Shown piece by piece: positions 49,934 to 63,000 of a stretch of 64,000 nt of DNA (the stretch's first letter is position 1; each line of letters begins with the position of its first letter). The DNA comes from Cenococcum geophilum (Eukaryota): assembly GCA_050273025.1 (NCBI GenBank), contig CP158636.1, forward strand, positions 7,998,001 through 8,062,000, given 5' to 3'. The position numbers and the translations under genes were made by a program. The notes beneath the pieces are model-generated. The model searched no databases, had not been told where the DNA came from, and saw nothing but the letters and a program-made list of their open reading frames with translations.

Positions 49934-50808
49934 ATACCTAAAGCATCTTTTTCTTCTTCTACAGCTCATCAGTCTCGTACTGTTGCTGCAATATTATCTC
50001 TTAGTAAGATTATATTATCTCTATATTCTTATTATACGAAAGAGGGGTTAGTTTATATTATATTAGCGAGTCCTTTATCCTAGCAACCCTCTTTATATTC
50101 GGAGTGCATTAAAGCAAATATTCAGTCGTCTTATCCCTTACACTAATAACTGTGTCCAATAAATTGTGGCTCGTGCGCACCAATTAAAAGGCCTGCTTGA
50201 AGGGAAATATTAGGGAAGTATTAAACGTGCGCGGGCGTGATGTAGAGTACCTATAATTTCTCGCACAGGCCACTTATTATTGGCAGTCATCAGTGCAAGG
50301 GATAACGTTCGCTTTATCTTTAACGCTAAGTATACGCGTCCTATAACTCTTAATAGTCTTTAAGTTCCCTAAGTAATTTGTTATAGGGTTTTATATTTAA
50401 TTTGCTGCTATAAAGCTTAATAATAAGCTGTCCGTTACGCTAGCGGAACTTTATTATTTACGCGACGCTAAAAGGGAGGCTGCCGATACTTAGTAACAGG
50501 CCCTTAATTCTTATTTAGCTGCGTCCGCTCGGTTAATCCGTCTTAAGAGGGTTTATAAGAAGGTCCGTTCTAAGAAGTAAAAGCTAATAGAATAGGGTCT
50601 ATAAGAGCTTAGTAATATAAGAATAGATTCTCCTCTAATAAAGAGGGAAACAACTCTAAGTAATTTAGCAATTACTCCTCTTAGGTCCCCCTTAGGTGAC
50701 TTATTCTTTAGCGATCTTTCTTTATTAATATTACCTAACCTATTTTCTTTTAATACTCATATACCTTTTCTATAGCGTTCTTTAAATTTTCTAGTAGCTC
50801 TTAGGTAG
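49934..50808 (+). pseudogene. Antisense Zn2Cys6 + coiled-coil gene of element C, interrupted by a MITE
   Basis: Same Cys spacing and intron position (acceptor TTATAG ending 50386) as A and B. Exon 2 is seven codons longer. Confidence 0.7.
50135..50301. mobile_element. 167-bp MITE
   Basis: 18-bp TIRs CCCTT(A/G)CACT(A/G)AT(A/G)ACTG that differ only by RIP-type transitions. Absent from the homologous position in A and B. Confidence 0.85.
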
Positions 50809-50825
50809 TCTTATTATAGCCTATC

Positions 50826-53800
50826 TGTAACGGCGCTATCGCACATTACCTGCCAAATTCTACCATATTCTGCCGACCTGCGATTGGCCCGCCTAAAGCT
50901 AGCGCCTTGGCGGCTCACCCTATATATTTGTTTACATCGGTCCTAGCGACCCCTTTTCCTTCTCTTTAGCTTAGTATCTTGGTAATACAGCATTCGTTCA
51001 AGCTTCGGTTCAGAGGCATTTATTTAAGCCGTGACATTATACTAAGCTCTCCCTACCTTGCCTAGGAAGGCCTCAATAATATCCTACCCTAAAGAAACTT
51101 TGTCTGCAATAACGCATTAACGCGCTATACTTAGACACTAAAACAACTCTATATTGCCTAGGAAGGCCTAGATAATATCCCACCTTATGAGCTAAATAGG
51201 ACTGGACCTATACCCCCAGAATTAAAACTAAAGTATACAATACCAACGAACCTTAGAAAGCTAACGATGGCACCTAAAGTAAGCTTATCTAAGAGAGCTG
51301 CCTCTACTCGAGAGGAACCTAAGATCTAATTGGGATCAGAAATCGAAGACAATGATAATATTGTAGACATACGCGAGCAGATTCGCGCCCTTGCAGCTAG
51401 CTAGGAAGCTGATTATCTTAAAGCAAGAAATATACAAGAGACCCTATAAGAGATCCTAGAAAGCCTTGCGGCCCTATAAAATAGCCTAACTTCCCCTTCT
51501 TAAAGCCCTAGTTAACCTATTTACTCTACTAAATGCGATACACTAGGGAGTATAGATACAATAACAAAGTAATTAAAGTCCGTTAAGCTCCCTAACCCCC
51601 TACTACTATCTAATGGGATAGACCCTACCTTTAAGAATTAGAGGATTTAAGTACGAGGAAAGCTCCGCGTTAACTACAACTATTTCCTTTCTAAAGAAGC
51701 TAAAATGCTCTACCTCTTTAGTTAAACCACTAGGGACGCCCAACGGCACCTTTAAGCCAAGTTTAAGGATAACTCCCCTGTCCGATTTATATCTATTAAT
51801 AAGATAATACAGCACCTAGCGGCTATTTATATTAACCCGAACAAAGTACGGGATGCCTGTTATAACTATAATTACCTAATAATAAAACCGAACTAACCCT
51901 TTGCCGAATTCTAGACTTAATTCCTATACTTTATAGGAGAAGGCCAAGTTCCCCTTAAGAACTACCGATTAGACCTATACGATAAGCTAATAATCCGGCT
52001 ATAAGAAAAGATCGCTATAACCTTAAATAACCTACTAACCCATAAAAGACTCGCAGCTCGTTGCCTATTATTAGACTTAGAACTAAAGCGGATTAACGCC
52101 CACCCTAATTAGCAGAAGCAACTCTATAATAATTAGAACTCGCTAGCTACACCTATAGGAGCTAGAGCAGGAAGATAAGTTATAACTGCTCTTATACTAA
52201 AGGCGGTTATAACTATGCACTAATAAGCCTCGCCTAACTAGCTACGTACTACGCCATTAACTAATATTCGCCGTAATACTCCAATCAACCCTACCTCGGC
52301 TATATACTTTAACTGCGATAAGCAAGGTTACTTTGCCTTATTCTGCCCGGAGCTAAAGGATATAGGCGATATTAAGGAGATAAAGGAAGGAGAAACGTCT
52401 AATAAGTCGGGAAAAGAAGAACCCTAGGGAAAGACTTCCCCCTAAGGTACCCTATTAATCTTAAAGAGATTAATCTTAGTCAGTTAATAGGTAGAAAGTA
52501 TTTTACGGTTCTATATATAGTATCTTAAAATGGATATAGAGTTAATATAACCGCCCTTATTAATACTAGAGCAAATAGCTTCGCCTTTATAAATACTGCC
52601 TATATAAATAATGTTGCCAAGTTTCTAAATACAGAAGCTATTTAACTAGAGAAGCCTATCTAAGTAAAGGGCTACAACAGCCAAGCTGGTCGGCCCATTA
52701 CCTACGTCTTAAAGTTATATATCGCTCTTAACGGACAACGCCAATATAGTATCCCCTTTTGCATCCTAGACCTAGGGTCCTATAATATAATCCTTAGACA
52801 AAAATAGATGTCCTATTTTAATATTTGGTTAAATATACAAAAAAGACGGTTTGTCTAGCTAGAGGATAGACCAAAGTTACCCTTCTTTATTAGGGAGATC
52901 TAAACTAACCGCAAGACACTAGCCGTAAGGGCTGACCCTACCTACTAGCAGGATGTCTAGGCCTATGACCTAGCCTTTACCTAAGAGAACGCCCGCCGCG
53001 AAGCTAGAAAGAACTCCGTACCAATAAAGATACTCTCCTAAAGTACTACGTTTAAAGAGGACTCTATATATAAAAGCGGGACAGATAATAACGTAGATAA
53101 TGTCTAAATCGTATAGATCTAACCGTTATAGAAAAGAACGTATTAATAGGATATAAGGGATAACCTCCAAAAGATGCAATAGGAGCTAAAAGGAGTAATA
53201 ATGACGCTAGTACCCTAGAAGTCCCTAAAGTTACATACGCCCCTATTGTTAGTTAACCCCCCTACTATAGACATTGCCACAATTAGCGCTATAGTGTTTT
53301 ACTTTAATATATACCGGAAGGACAATAAGGTCTTTATAATGAGCCTATATAAGATTAACCGAATTATTAATAATAGAGAGGAAAGGCCAGATAAGGAAAC
53401 TAATAAGGAACTAATTAAACGCCTCCTTCCTACCATTTATATAGGCTATAAGGATGCATTCTTAAAGGCAGCCTTAGATAAGTTACCCCTCTACCAGATA
53501 TATAATTATAAGATTTAATTAGAGGCCTATAACTCGCTAGGCTATAGCCCCCTCTACTATTAATTAATAGATAAGCTAAAAGTAATAAAGTAGTACTTAA
53601 TTAATAACCTAGATAAAGGGTTTATCGAGCTAAGTTAAGCCCCTTTTGCTTCCCCTATCCTATTTATAAAAAAGCCTAATAGAGGCCTTTGTTTTTGTAT
53701 CGACTATTAAAAGCTAAATGCTATTACTTAAAAGGACCGGTATCCTATTCCTTTAATTAACAAGACCCTTACACGTTTAAGCCAGGCAAAGATTTTTACT

Positions 53801-56800
53801 AAACTTAATATCCGCTAAGCTTTCTACCAAATTAGGATAGACCCTATATCTAAAGATTTAACAATATTCCGTACCCGCTATAGTTCCTATAAATACAAAG
53901 TTCTTCCTTTTAAACTAATAAACGGACTAGCTACATACCAAAGATATATAAATAACGTTCTTTTTAATTACCTCGACGAATTCTACACGGCATACTTAGA
54001 CGACATTCTTATATACTTAGACGACGAACTTAAGCATTAAGTTTATGTTAAGAAGGTCCTAGAGAGACTACGGAACGCAGGCTTATAAGTTAATATTAAG
54101 AAATGCGAGTTTAGGGTAAAACGTATAAAATACCTTAGGTTTATCGTAACTATAAAAGGAATTAAGGTTAACCCTAAGAAGGTAGAGGTAATCCATAACT
54201 AGAAGCCCCCTTATACAGTAAAAGGAATCTAGTCCTTTCTTAGTTTTTATAATTTCTACTGCTGGTTTATCCGTAACTACGGAATTGTGGCAAAACCTTT
54301 TATATAACTAACTAGGAAGGATACGCCTTTTGTCTTTAACGATAGCTATATAAAGGCCTTTAAAGAGGTAAAAAATTGGCTTATCTCTTCCCTAATTCTT
54401 TATTACTATAACCCGGACCTTAAATTAATGCTAGAAATAGACGCCTCTAATAGGGTCGTAGTGGGAATCCTATTACAGTTACATCTAGACGGCGAATAGT
54501 ACCCTATAGCTTTCTTCTTAAAAATAATAGACCCGGCTAAGTGTAACTACGAAGTATATAATAAAGAAATGCTAGCTATTATTTAATTACTCTCCTAATG
54601 GCGCGTAGAGCTTAAAGGTACGAACTCCCGGATTAAGATATATACAGATTATAAAGCCCTAAAGTACTTTATAACTATAAAGCAGCTTATAGGGTAATAA
54701 GCCCAGTAGGCCGAAATACTCTCCTAATTCTTCTTTATAATTATATATCATTCTAGTAAGCAAAACTCTAAGGCTAATACCCTAACCCGAAGAGAATAAG
54801 ATGTAGGACCCTAGGATAAGCTAAAGACCTAATATTGGACGCGCGCCCTCCTCTATCCAGAACAGCTTAACCCGCGGATCCTTAAGGAGCTAGACTCCTA
54901 GCAAAACGAGCTAGCACTAATAGAGGAGTCCTTAGATAAGCTAATAGGGCTAATTAACCGCCTCCTAACTGCAAACCGCACGGCTGATGCCCTAAAGGCC
55001 CTCCGCGAATAAGCCGTAAAAGGAGACCCCGATTTTAAGATGGAGGAAGAATTGCTCCTATACTAGGAGCGGCTTATAGTCCCTAATGTTAATAATCTAC
55101 GGACCAAACTAATCCGCGAAGCTTATTGCCAAGTCTCTACGGTATACCCTAGCAAGAACAAGACCCATAAAATCATTAACTACCGCTACTACTGGCCAAG
55201 AATAGTTATAGATATTGATTAATATATACGGAACTGCGAAGACTGCTAGAGAGCTATAATCCTATGGGATAAGACCCTAGGACTACTTAAGCTACTCCTA
55301 ATACTAGAGCGCCCTTAATAGTATATCTTTATAGACTTTTACAAACTACCTAGGGACCGTGACGGATATGATATAGTTATAGTTATAGTTAACCGCTTTA
55401 GTAAACGCCTGTTCTTAATTCCATATCACAAGAATATTAATACTAAAGAGGCAGCCCGGTTATATATCTATTACGTCTACTAAATCTACGGACCACTAGA
55501 TACTATTATATCTAATCGCGGGCCGCAGTTTATATTGGCCTTTTAGAATAAGTTTACCTAGATCCTAGGCATTAAGCTAAAGCTTTCTACGGCTTATTAC
55601 CCCTAGATAAACGGTTAGACAGAGATTATAAATTAGTACCTAGACCAGAGGCTTAGGCCCTTCGTTAACTATTTCTAGGACAACTAGTCTAAACTACTAC
55701 CCTTAATAGACTACGCGTAAGTAACCCTACCCTATAACTCCACAGGGTTTGCCCCGATTTAGCTAGAAATAGGATACTTACCCTGCATAAGCTTTGACTA
55801 GAAAAGGCCAAAAGAACCCTAGACTGTATAAGAGAAGCTATCCTATACTAAGGCCTAATAGTACGCCAAACGATTGGAGGAGGCCTAAACGGTAGCCCGC
55901 GAGAACCTGGAAAAAGCTTAGAGGTTAATGGAATAGCAGGCGAACAAACACCGTCAAGAGCCCGATTTTGCCCCTGGCGATATGGTCTAGGTTATAATAA
56001 GGAATTAGAGGACCGAACGACCTAGCCGTAAGCTGGACTACCAGATGGCAGGACCATATAAGGTTCTTAAGAAGATAGGCAACTTATATAAGATAAAGCT
56101 CCTAGACTTAATTAGGGTTTACTCTATCTTCTCGCTAGACAAGTTATGGAAAGCTATAAACAACCCATTACCTAAACAAAAGAACGAGCCTCCCCTACCA
56201 GTTTAAGTAAACGGTGATAATAAATGGGAGGTTAATAAAATACTGGCCTGTAAGATAGTACGGGGAGCGCTAAAATACCGTGTCTAATAGAAGGGCTACG
56301 ATCCTAACCTAACCTAGTACCCTATGTGGAACTTTATAGGCTGCCCCTAAAAGCTTAAAGAATTTTATAACCAATACCCTAATGCGCCTAGACCCCCAAA
56401 GTACCTAGACGAATAGATGGAATGCTGGTATAATAAAGACGATAAGTTACCAGAAGAACATAGGGACAAAAACGCCCCAAAGCCCTAATATAGCTATCTA
56501 CCAAATTCTGCTATATTCTGCCGTTTTCTGCTAGTACCGTAAAATTTCAGATATCTAGGAACTTTAACCGCCGGTTAAAGTTATCTGATTAGTTAGATCC
56601 GTGCTAAGACTTTTAGCGGCTACTCTTTCTGGCCTAGTGCTTCCACTTAGCCTATAATCGCCCTTTGTACTTAGTTAGGACGGACTTATATCCCCTTTTA
56701 TCTCCTCATCTTATATTTTTATAATCCTACATTTATAAGCCTAGTGCTACCCTATTTTTTCTAACTAAGCCTAAGGGCAGGCTTTCTTTTAAAGAGGGGG

Positions 56801-57015
56801 GTAATATAACGGCGCTATTGCACGTTACCTGCCAAATTCTGCCATATTCTACCGACCTGCGATTAGCCCGCCTAAAGCTAGCGCCTTGGCGGCTTACCCT
56901 ATATATTTGTTTACATCGGTCCTAGCGACCCCTTTTCCTTCTCTTTAGCTTAGTATCTTGGTAATACAGCATTCGTTTAAGCTTCGGTTCAGAGGCATTT
57001 ATTTAAGCCGTGACA
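50826..57015 (+). mobile_element. Ty3/Gypsy chromovirus F (distinct family, 6190 bp), nested in the chromodomain of C
   Basis: 211-bp LTRs at 50826-51036 and 56805-57015 with TSD CTATC (50821-50825, 57016-57020). PPT AAAGAGGGGGG at 56791. Gag CCHC ~52300-52345, protease ~52555, RT YLDDILIY ~53995, RNase H, integrase, chromodomain WEV..ILACK..KYRV ~56225-56300. Confidence 0.95.
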
Positions 57016-60000
57016 CTATCCACTTTACTTTATACTATATTTTATTATTAATATTCTTATAACTAACAATCTTTAAAACTTGCTATTTATCTTCTTTTTA
57101 TCCTCTATACGTATCTGCTTTATAAACTAGTGGCTTAATATTCCCGTATACTAGCTCTAGCATTGCGATGTACTATATAGGGTAAATTTTTATTTTAGCT
57201 GGTAGGTTTAACTTAAATATAACTAGTGAAATTCTTTATATAATTTTAAAAGGTCCTAGTCTAATATAGTCTAACTTCTTACTTAGTTGTTAACTTTTAA
57301 AAAATTTGTATAGTAGCTATACTTTATCTCCCTCCTTAAGATCTGGTCCCTTAAATCTCTTAGTATTATAGTACTTTTTTATTCTTTGCTGTACTACCTT
57401 AGCTGTTTCTATAAGGTTCTCGTAAAGAATTATTAAAGTCTTTATTCTTTTTTTAGCTATACTACTCGTTTTCTTTACTTATTATAGCAATAACAATATT
57501 CTTAGCTTATACCTGTAATTCGCCTTAAATAGTAACGTACCTATTCCTTTTTATAGTGTGGTATTATATACAAACTATATAATTGGTAATAGTAATACCT
57601 AATTATTCTATATATAATTAACGTAATACCTTAGATACTGCTCTAGTATCTAATTTAGTCTTTCCGTCTAACTATCTGTCTACGGATAATATACGGTAAA
57701 AGTTGCTACTTAAACTCCTTATTCCGCTAAGAATACCTCCTAAAATGCTGCTATAAATCTTAAATCTCTATCTAATATAATTTTGCTTAGTGCTCTATAT
57801 CTTATAAATACTTCCTTAATATAGATTCTAGTAACACCTTCCGCTAATATTTCTTCTATATAGGCTATAAAGTATCCCTACTTCGTTAGCTTGTCTACTA
57901 TTACTAAAATTATATTATAATCTTGCCCGGTAATAGAATCTCTTAACTTTAGTAACTTAATAATGAAGTCCTATAATATAACCTCCTATGGTCTTCCTAG
58001 TATTTTAATAGGTTATAGCCCTCCGTATAGCTTATGCCTTATTAGTTTATTTCTTTAGCAATTTAAGCATTTCTTAGTGATTTTTCGTGCTAAACCCTAG
58101 ATTCTATTAATAATGTACTCTTCTTAGAGTCTTAACACTAAGCCCGTAGCTCCGTTATATCGAGTTATTCCCTTATAAAAGTCTTCTATAAAATGCTCTG
58201 CTATACTTCTTAGGATATACTTTACTTCTTAGTTCTTATATATATCTATCTATAGATCTTTTAGTTATGCTTTTAGAATTTTTTATACCTAAAAGCTTTT
58301 TAGTGTCTTATAGACTCTTTCTAGCTTATCTTTTTAAGTTACTATAATTTTTGGATAATTGTACCTATTAATCTATCTATGTTTTTTTTTATAATAAAGC
58401 CCCTAATGGCTTCTTATTACTTTATAGTTTAGCTTTTTTACTTAGAGTATCTGCTTATAAGTTGTCTATACCCTTAGTATACTAAATCTTAAAATAGTAA
58501 TCTATAAGTGTTTCTGCCCATCTAACCTATCTTTAGTTAAGTTTCTTTATTATTAAGAATCCTATTAGGTTCTTATAGTCCGTTTTAACTATAAATAGTT
58601 TTTCTATTCCTTGCAAGAATACTCTCTATTTCTTTAGTGCTGTAACTATACCTAATAACTCCTTATTATAGATGTTATAGTTTAGTTTTAGTGGTATTAT
58701 CTTCCAACTATAGTATACTACTAGGTGCTAACTATCTTTATATTTTTATATAAAGTATACTCCTAATATAAAGTCTAATATATCTATTTCTATAACCGTC
58801 TCTAACTTTAGTTAATAGATTTTAAGGATTAGTTCCTAGGTAAACAACTCCTTAAGTTCCTTAAATAATTCTCTTTACTTTTTTTCCTATACCTATAGTT
58901 CCTCTTTCTTTATTAATTAAGTAAATGGCTTAATATTCTTTAACTATTATACTATAAACCTCCTATAGTAATTGCAAAACCCTAAAAACAATCTTAGTTA
59001 TGTAACGTTCTCTAGTTTTTACTAATTTACTATAGCTTTAATTTTTTTTAGGTCTATACTTAGTCTACCTAGTTTAATAATAAATCTAATAAAATCGGTC
59101 TTCTTTATAAAGAACTTATATTTCTTAATTGTTACTAGTATCTATTCTTCTTATAGTCTCTTTAGAACCTATTTAACGTATTCCCTATATTCTTTCTTAG
59201 TTATTAAGTAGATAATAATGTCATTAAGATATACTATAATAAACTTATCGAGGTATTCTCTTAATATATTATTATTTTACTTTTAGAACGTTGCTAGTGC
59301 GTTTATAAGTCTAAATTGTATAACTAATGGTTTATATAGTCCTTCCTTTAACCTAAAAGCTGCTTTCTATTTATCGCCTTCCTTAATTCTAATCTAATGG
59401 TACGCCTATCTTAGATTTATCTTTATAAAGATTTGCGCATTACTAATCCTATCTTAAATTTTACTAATTAAGGGTAAAGGATATCTATCCTTTCTTATAA
59501 TGCTATTTAACTGTCTATAGTTAATGCATAACCTAAGTTTTCTATTTTTCTTTAGTACGAACAGTACTGGATAACCCGCTAATAACTGTAATAATTTAAT
59601 ATATCCCTTTTATAAGTTCTCCTAGATAAACTCTTTTAATGCTTTACCTTCCTCTTTAGTAAGCTTATAGGTTAGAAAGAACCTTAGACTTATTCCTAGT
59701 TCTAACTCTATTTTATAATCCTATACTATATACTTTACTAGCTTTTCACTTTCTAGTAACTATAACTTTTTACTATATTTATAGTATCTCTTTAGTATAT
59801 AACTTAATCCTTAATTGGTCTCTTTATATATTACTCTAACTTAGTACTATACTAACTTAGTTTATTATCGCATCCTATATTATTAAGTATTTTTAATATT
59901 AACCTAACCTATAACCTAATTGATCTTTAGATTATATTCCTATAACTAAGGTATTTCTAATATTGCCTTATTCTTCCCTAATAGTAGAATATTAAAAGAT

Positions 60001-63000
60001 ATCTTAATTTGTTTTCCTTTAATAGTTAACCAAATAGGTCCTGTTTTAAGATTAATAATGCCTCCTTTATAGGCTATTAGATCTCCTAAAATTGTTACTA
60101 ATAAATATAGGTGCTCCTTCTACCTATATAGTAGCCCTATTTTTTTTTAACTGCTGCTAGTAATATATGGTTCCTTATTACTCTACTATCTACTAATACT
60201 TTAAACTGCTAATTTTGCCAATTAATTTATAAATTTAGGTGTTGTCCTTAAATTCCTTTAAGGGTTTAAGGCTCTACTACTAGCTCCCTCTAGTCCTATA
60301 GGCCTTTACTTTTCCTAACTATTAACTACTAGATCCTATTTATACTTAGTCTACTTTTAGCTAATACTTAGTTCGCTTCTTATCTTTAATATACTATAGA
60401 TAGGTATTCTCTAAATATTCCCACCACTATTATCTATCTAGGTATTCTTCCGTAAGGAATCTTCCTAGTTAAAGTATTAAGTCCCTTTATTCTTAAACTT
60501 CTATAGGGTGCTAACTATATATATACTTAGCGTTTTAATATTTTGCCTTATCCGGTGCCTAATATATCCTTACTAAGTACTTCCGGTTCTTATCTTTAGG
60601 TGCTCTATATATATTATATATATTATCTATATATATAATACGCTTAGTGTCTTAGGTTAACTCTCGGCTTATTTTTATTCTTAAGTTTAAACCTTTCTCG
60701 TGTTAATCTAAGCGTTGTAACTTTATTTATAGGTACTAAGATTCGCCTTTTACTTCTCTAGTCCTCTAATTACTCCTTTAGATCCTTTAATATTATAATT
60801 AAAGCTCCTTTAATATAAGTTATAGCCTTTTCCATAATTAGGTGGTCCTAAATAACTTATTTATCTAACTATATATAGAAATCTTCCTATTTATTATTAT
60901 ATCGTTACCTATACTACTTTTAGTACAGCCCCTTAAGTATATACAGCTTGTCCGTTAGAAAGTATCTCCTTATTACTATATTATAACAGCCCTTTATATA
61001 TTATTCTTTAAACCTAGTTAGAATCCCTAAATCCTCTTCTTATTCTAGTTCGGTAAGCTACTTAGCTCTTAGTATACCTATCTTAGGTCTATTAGTAACC
61101 CTTTATATAGGTACTCTATCCTTTATACAGCCTGGTATACTAGATATCTTATCTAGTTTCTGTTTTTACTATATAGTAATTCTTGCTCTAAATTCTACTA
61201 TGGTTTCTTTCTTTTTATATCTTATAAGTAGATCTCTAAAGTCTTCTTACTTCTTAATTCCCTTATTAATAGTCCTTATTTGTATATTAAAGTCTTAGTC
61301 CTATAGAATCCTTAATCCTAAGCTAGCTTCTATCTTAAGCTTTACTCCTACCTTAGTTTAACTAGGCTTAGGAGTTCTTATCTCGTCTTAAAAGTCTTAA
61401 ATCTTACTTATTTTATCTTAAGAGTCTTATGCTTTTAGGAAACTCTGTCCCTTACTTATTTGTATATCCTTAAATTAAGCTACTACTCTGCTCTATCGGT
61501 TTCCGTCCGTTATAGGTCCTTAAGCTATCCTTATTCTTGCTTTAAAATCTTAAATATCTCTTATCTCGTCTTAAAAAATTTAAGCCTTTAGCCTTTTACC
61601 TTTATTAAGTGGTGAGCTAGCACTAGTAGTCGTCTGCTTGCTTAATCCCTTATAGATACTTCTCCTTCCGTCTTATAAAGCGATAAATACCGTATCTAAT
61701 GGTATTATAATACCCGTTACTAAACCTTACTTTATAGTGGTCTCAGTTTCTGCTTCTATTGCGTTATTAAGGTTTAAATACCCCTAGTTAGTTCCTTTTT
61801 CGTCCTTATTGCTATTAATTAATAAGTGTTCTAACTCCATTATTATTATTACTAATCTTTATCCGTATATTACTATAATATCTTAATCCAGCTTATAGAG
61901 TTAATCTTATTCTTTATCTAACTTTTTAGTTCCTTTAAGTTCTTTTAACTCTGGCTCCTATAGCCAATAGCTTATACTATACTTAGCGTCTTTATAAATT
62001 CGGCATGCGTTATTATAACAAAACGCGAAACTTCTAATTAAACATTCTTTTATTTCTTGTAGTATACTGTCGTCCCTCTATACGTGTATATCGTTTACTA
62101 ATCTAGTTCCCCTTATTATATAGTAACTCTAACTATTTTTATAATCTTTAGCAAAGTAACCTTATTTTCTATAATTTATATAAGCTCCGTCTTTAAACTA
62201 TTAATTTTATTATAAAGTCCGCCTAAACGTCTTCTGCTATTAAGATCTCTAGTTTAGCCTCTATTCCTTAGTCCTATAATTACTTAATCCTTAACCTTTA
62301 GGTTTCTATAGTATCTTTATCTATCTCTTATAGGTTTCTTTAGTACTACTTAGGTCCATTAGCTCTGCACTATACTATAGTTTTTAACTTAGCTTTAGTC
62401 GTTGCGTACTCTACGTCTTATATAACTATAGAACTCTGTCCTAACCCTTCTTAGTCTATTCCCTTTAGAAGATCCTATTATTAATCTTAATTACTTAATT
62501 AATTAATTCCCTTAGGGTGTTTGCATCTTCTATTAGAATAATTACGTCCTAAACTTTAGCCTTAAGTCCCTATTTATACTATGCCATAAGCGCCTTATTA
62601 TTCCTCTTAACCTATATCACTAGTATCTAAAACTATATCGTATACTTAATTGCTAAGGTTCGTTGCGTAATATCTTAGAGTTTTCTTTTTGCTGTAGTTA
62701 TTGCCTCTAGGTCTCTAAATATTTATATAAGTTACTCCACAAACCCATTCTAGCTTAAAAACATAAACTATACCTCTTAGTTTATAGTTATTATTCCATT
62801 TACTTATATTTCTATAAGGTAAGGCTTAAACTATTTAAGTGCTCTTTCTATTAAAAATAGTCCTATATACGCCACTTAATCCATAGGTGTTATTAGCTTT
62901 ACTCCCTCTTACGTAACCTTAAAGTATATTTACGTAAGGAATCCTTTAAGCTTTAATCTTTCTCCTAAGAATCTCTTAATTAATAGTAACTTAACCTTTA

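Noticed and set aside
16583..53518. Short ORFs listed in the AT-rich block as independent genes
   Set aside because: They are chance-open fragments of RIP-degraded LTR, gag, pol or LINE sequence, or their antisense strands.
56498..56523. LTR-like motif CCAAATTCTGC(C/T)ATATTCTGCCG in the 3' UTR of F as a third LTR
   Set aside because: Only ~25 bp match the LTR, with no termini or TSD; it is a local duplication.
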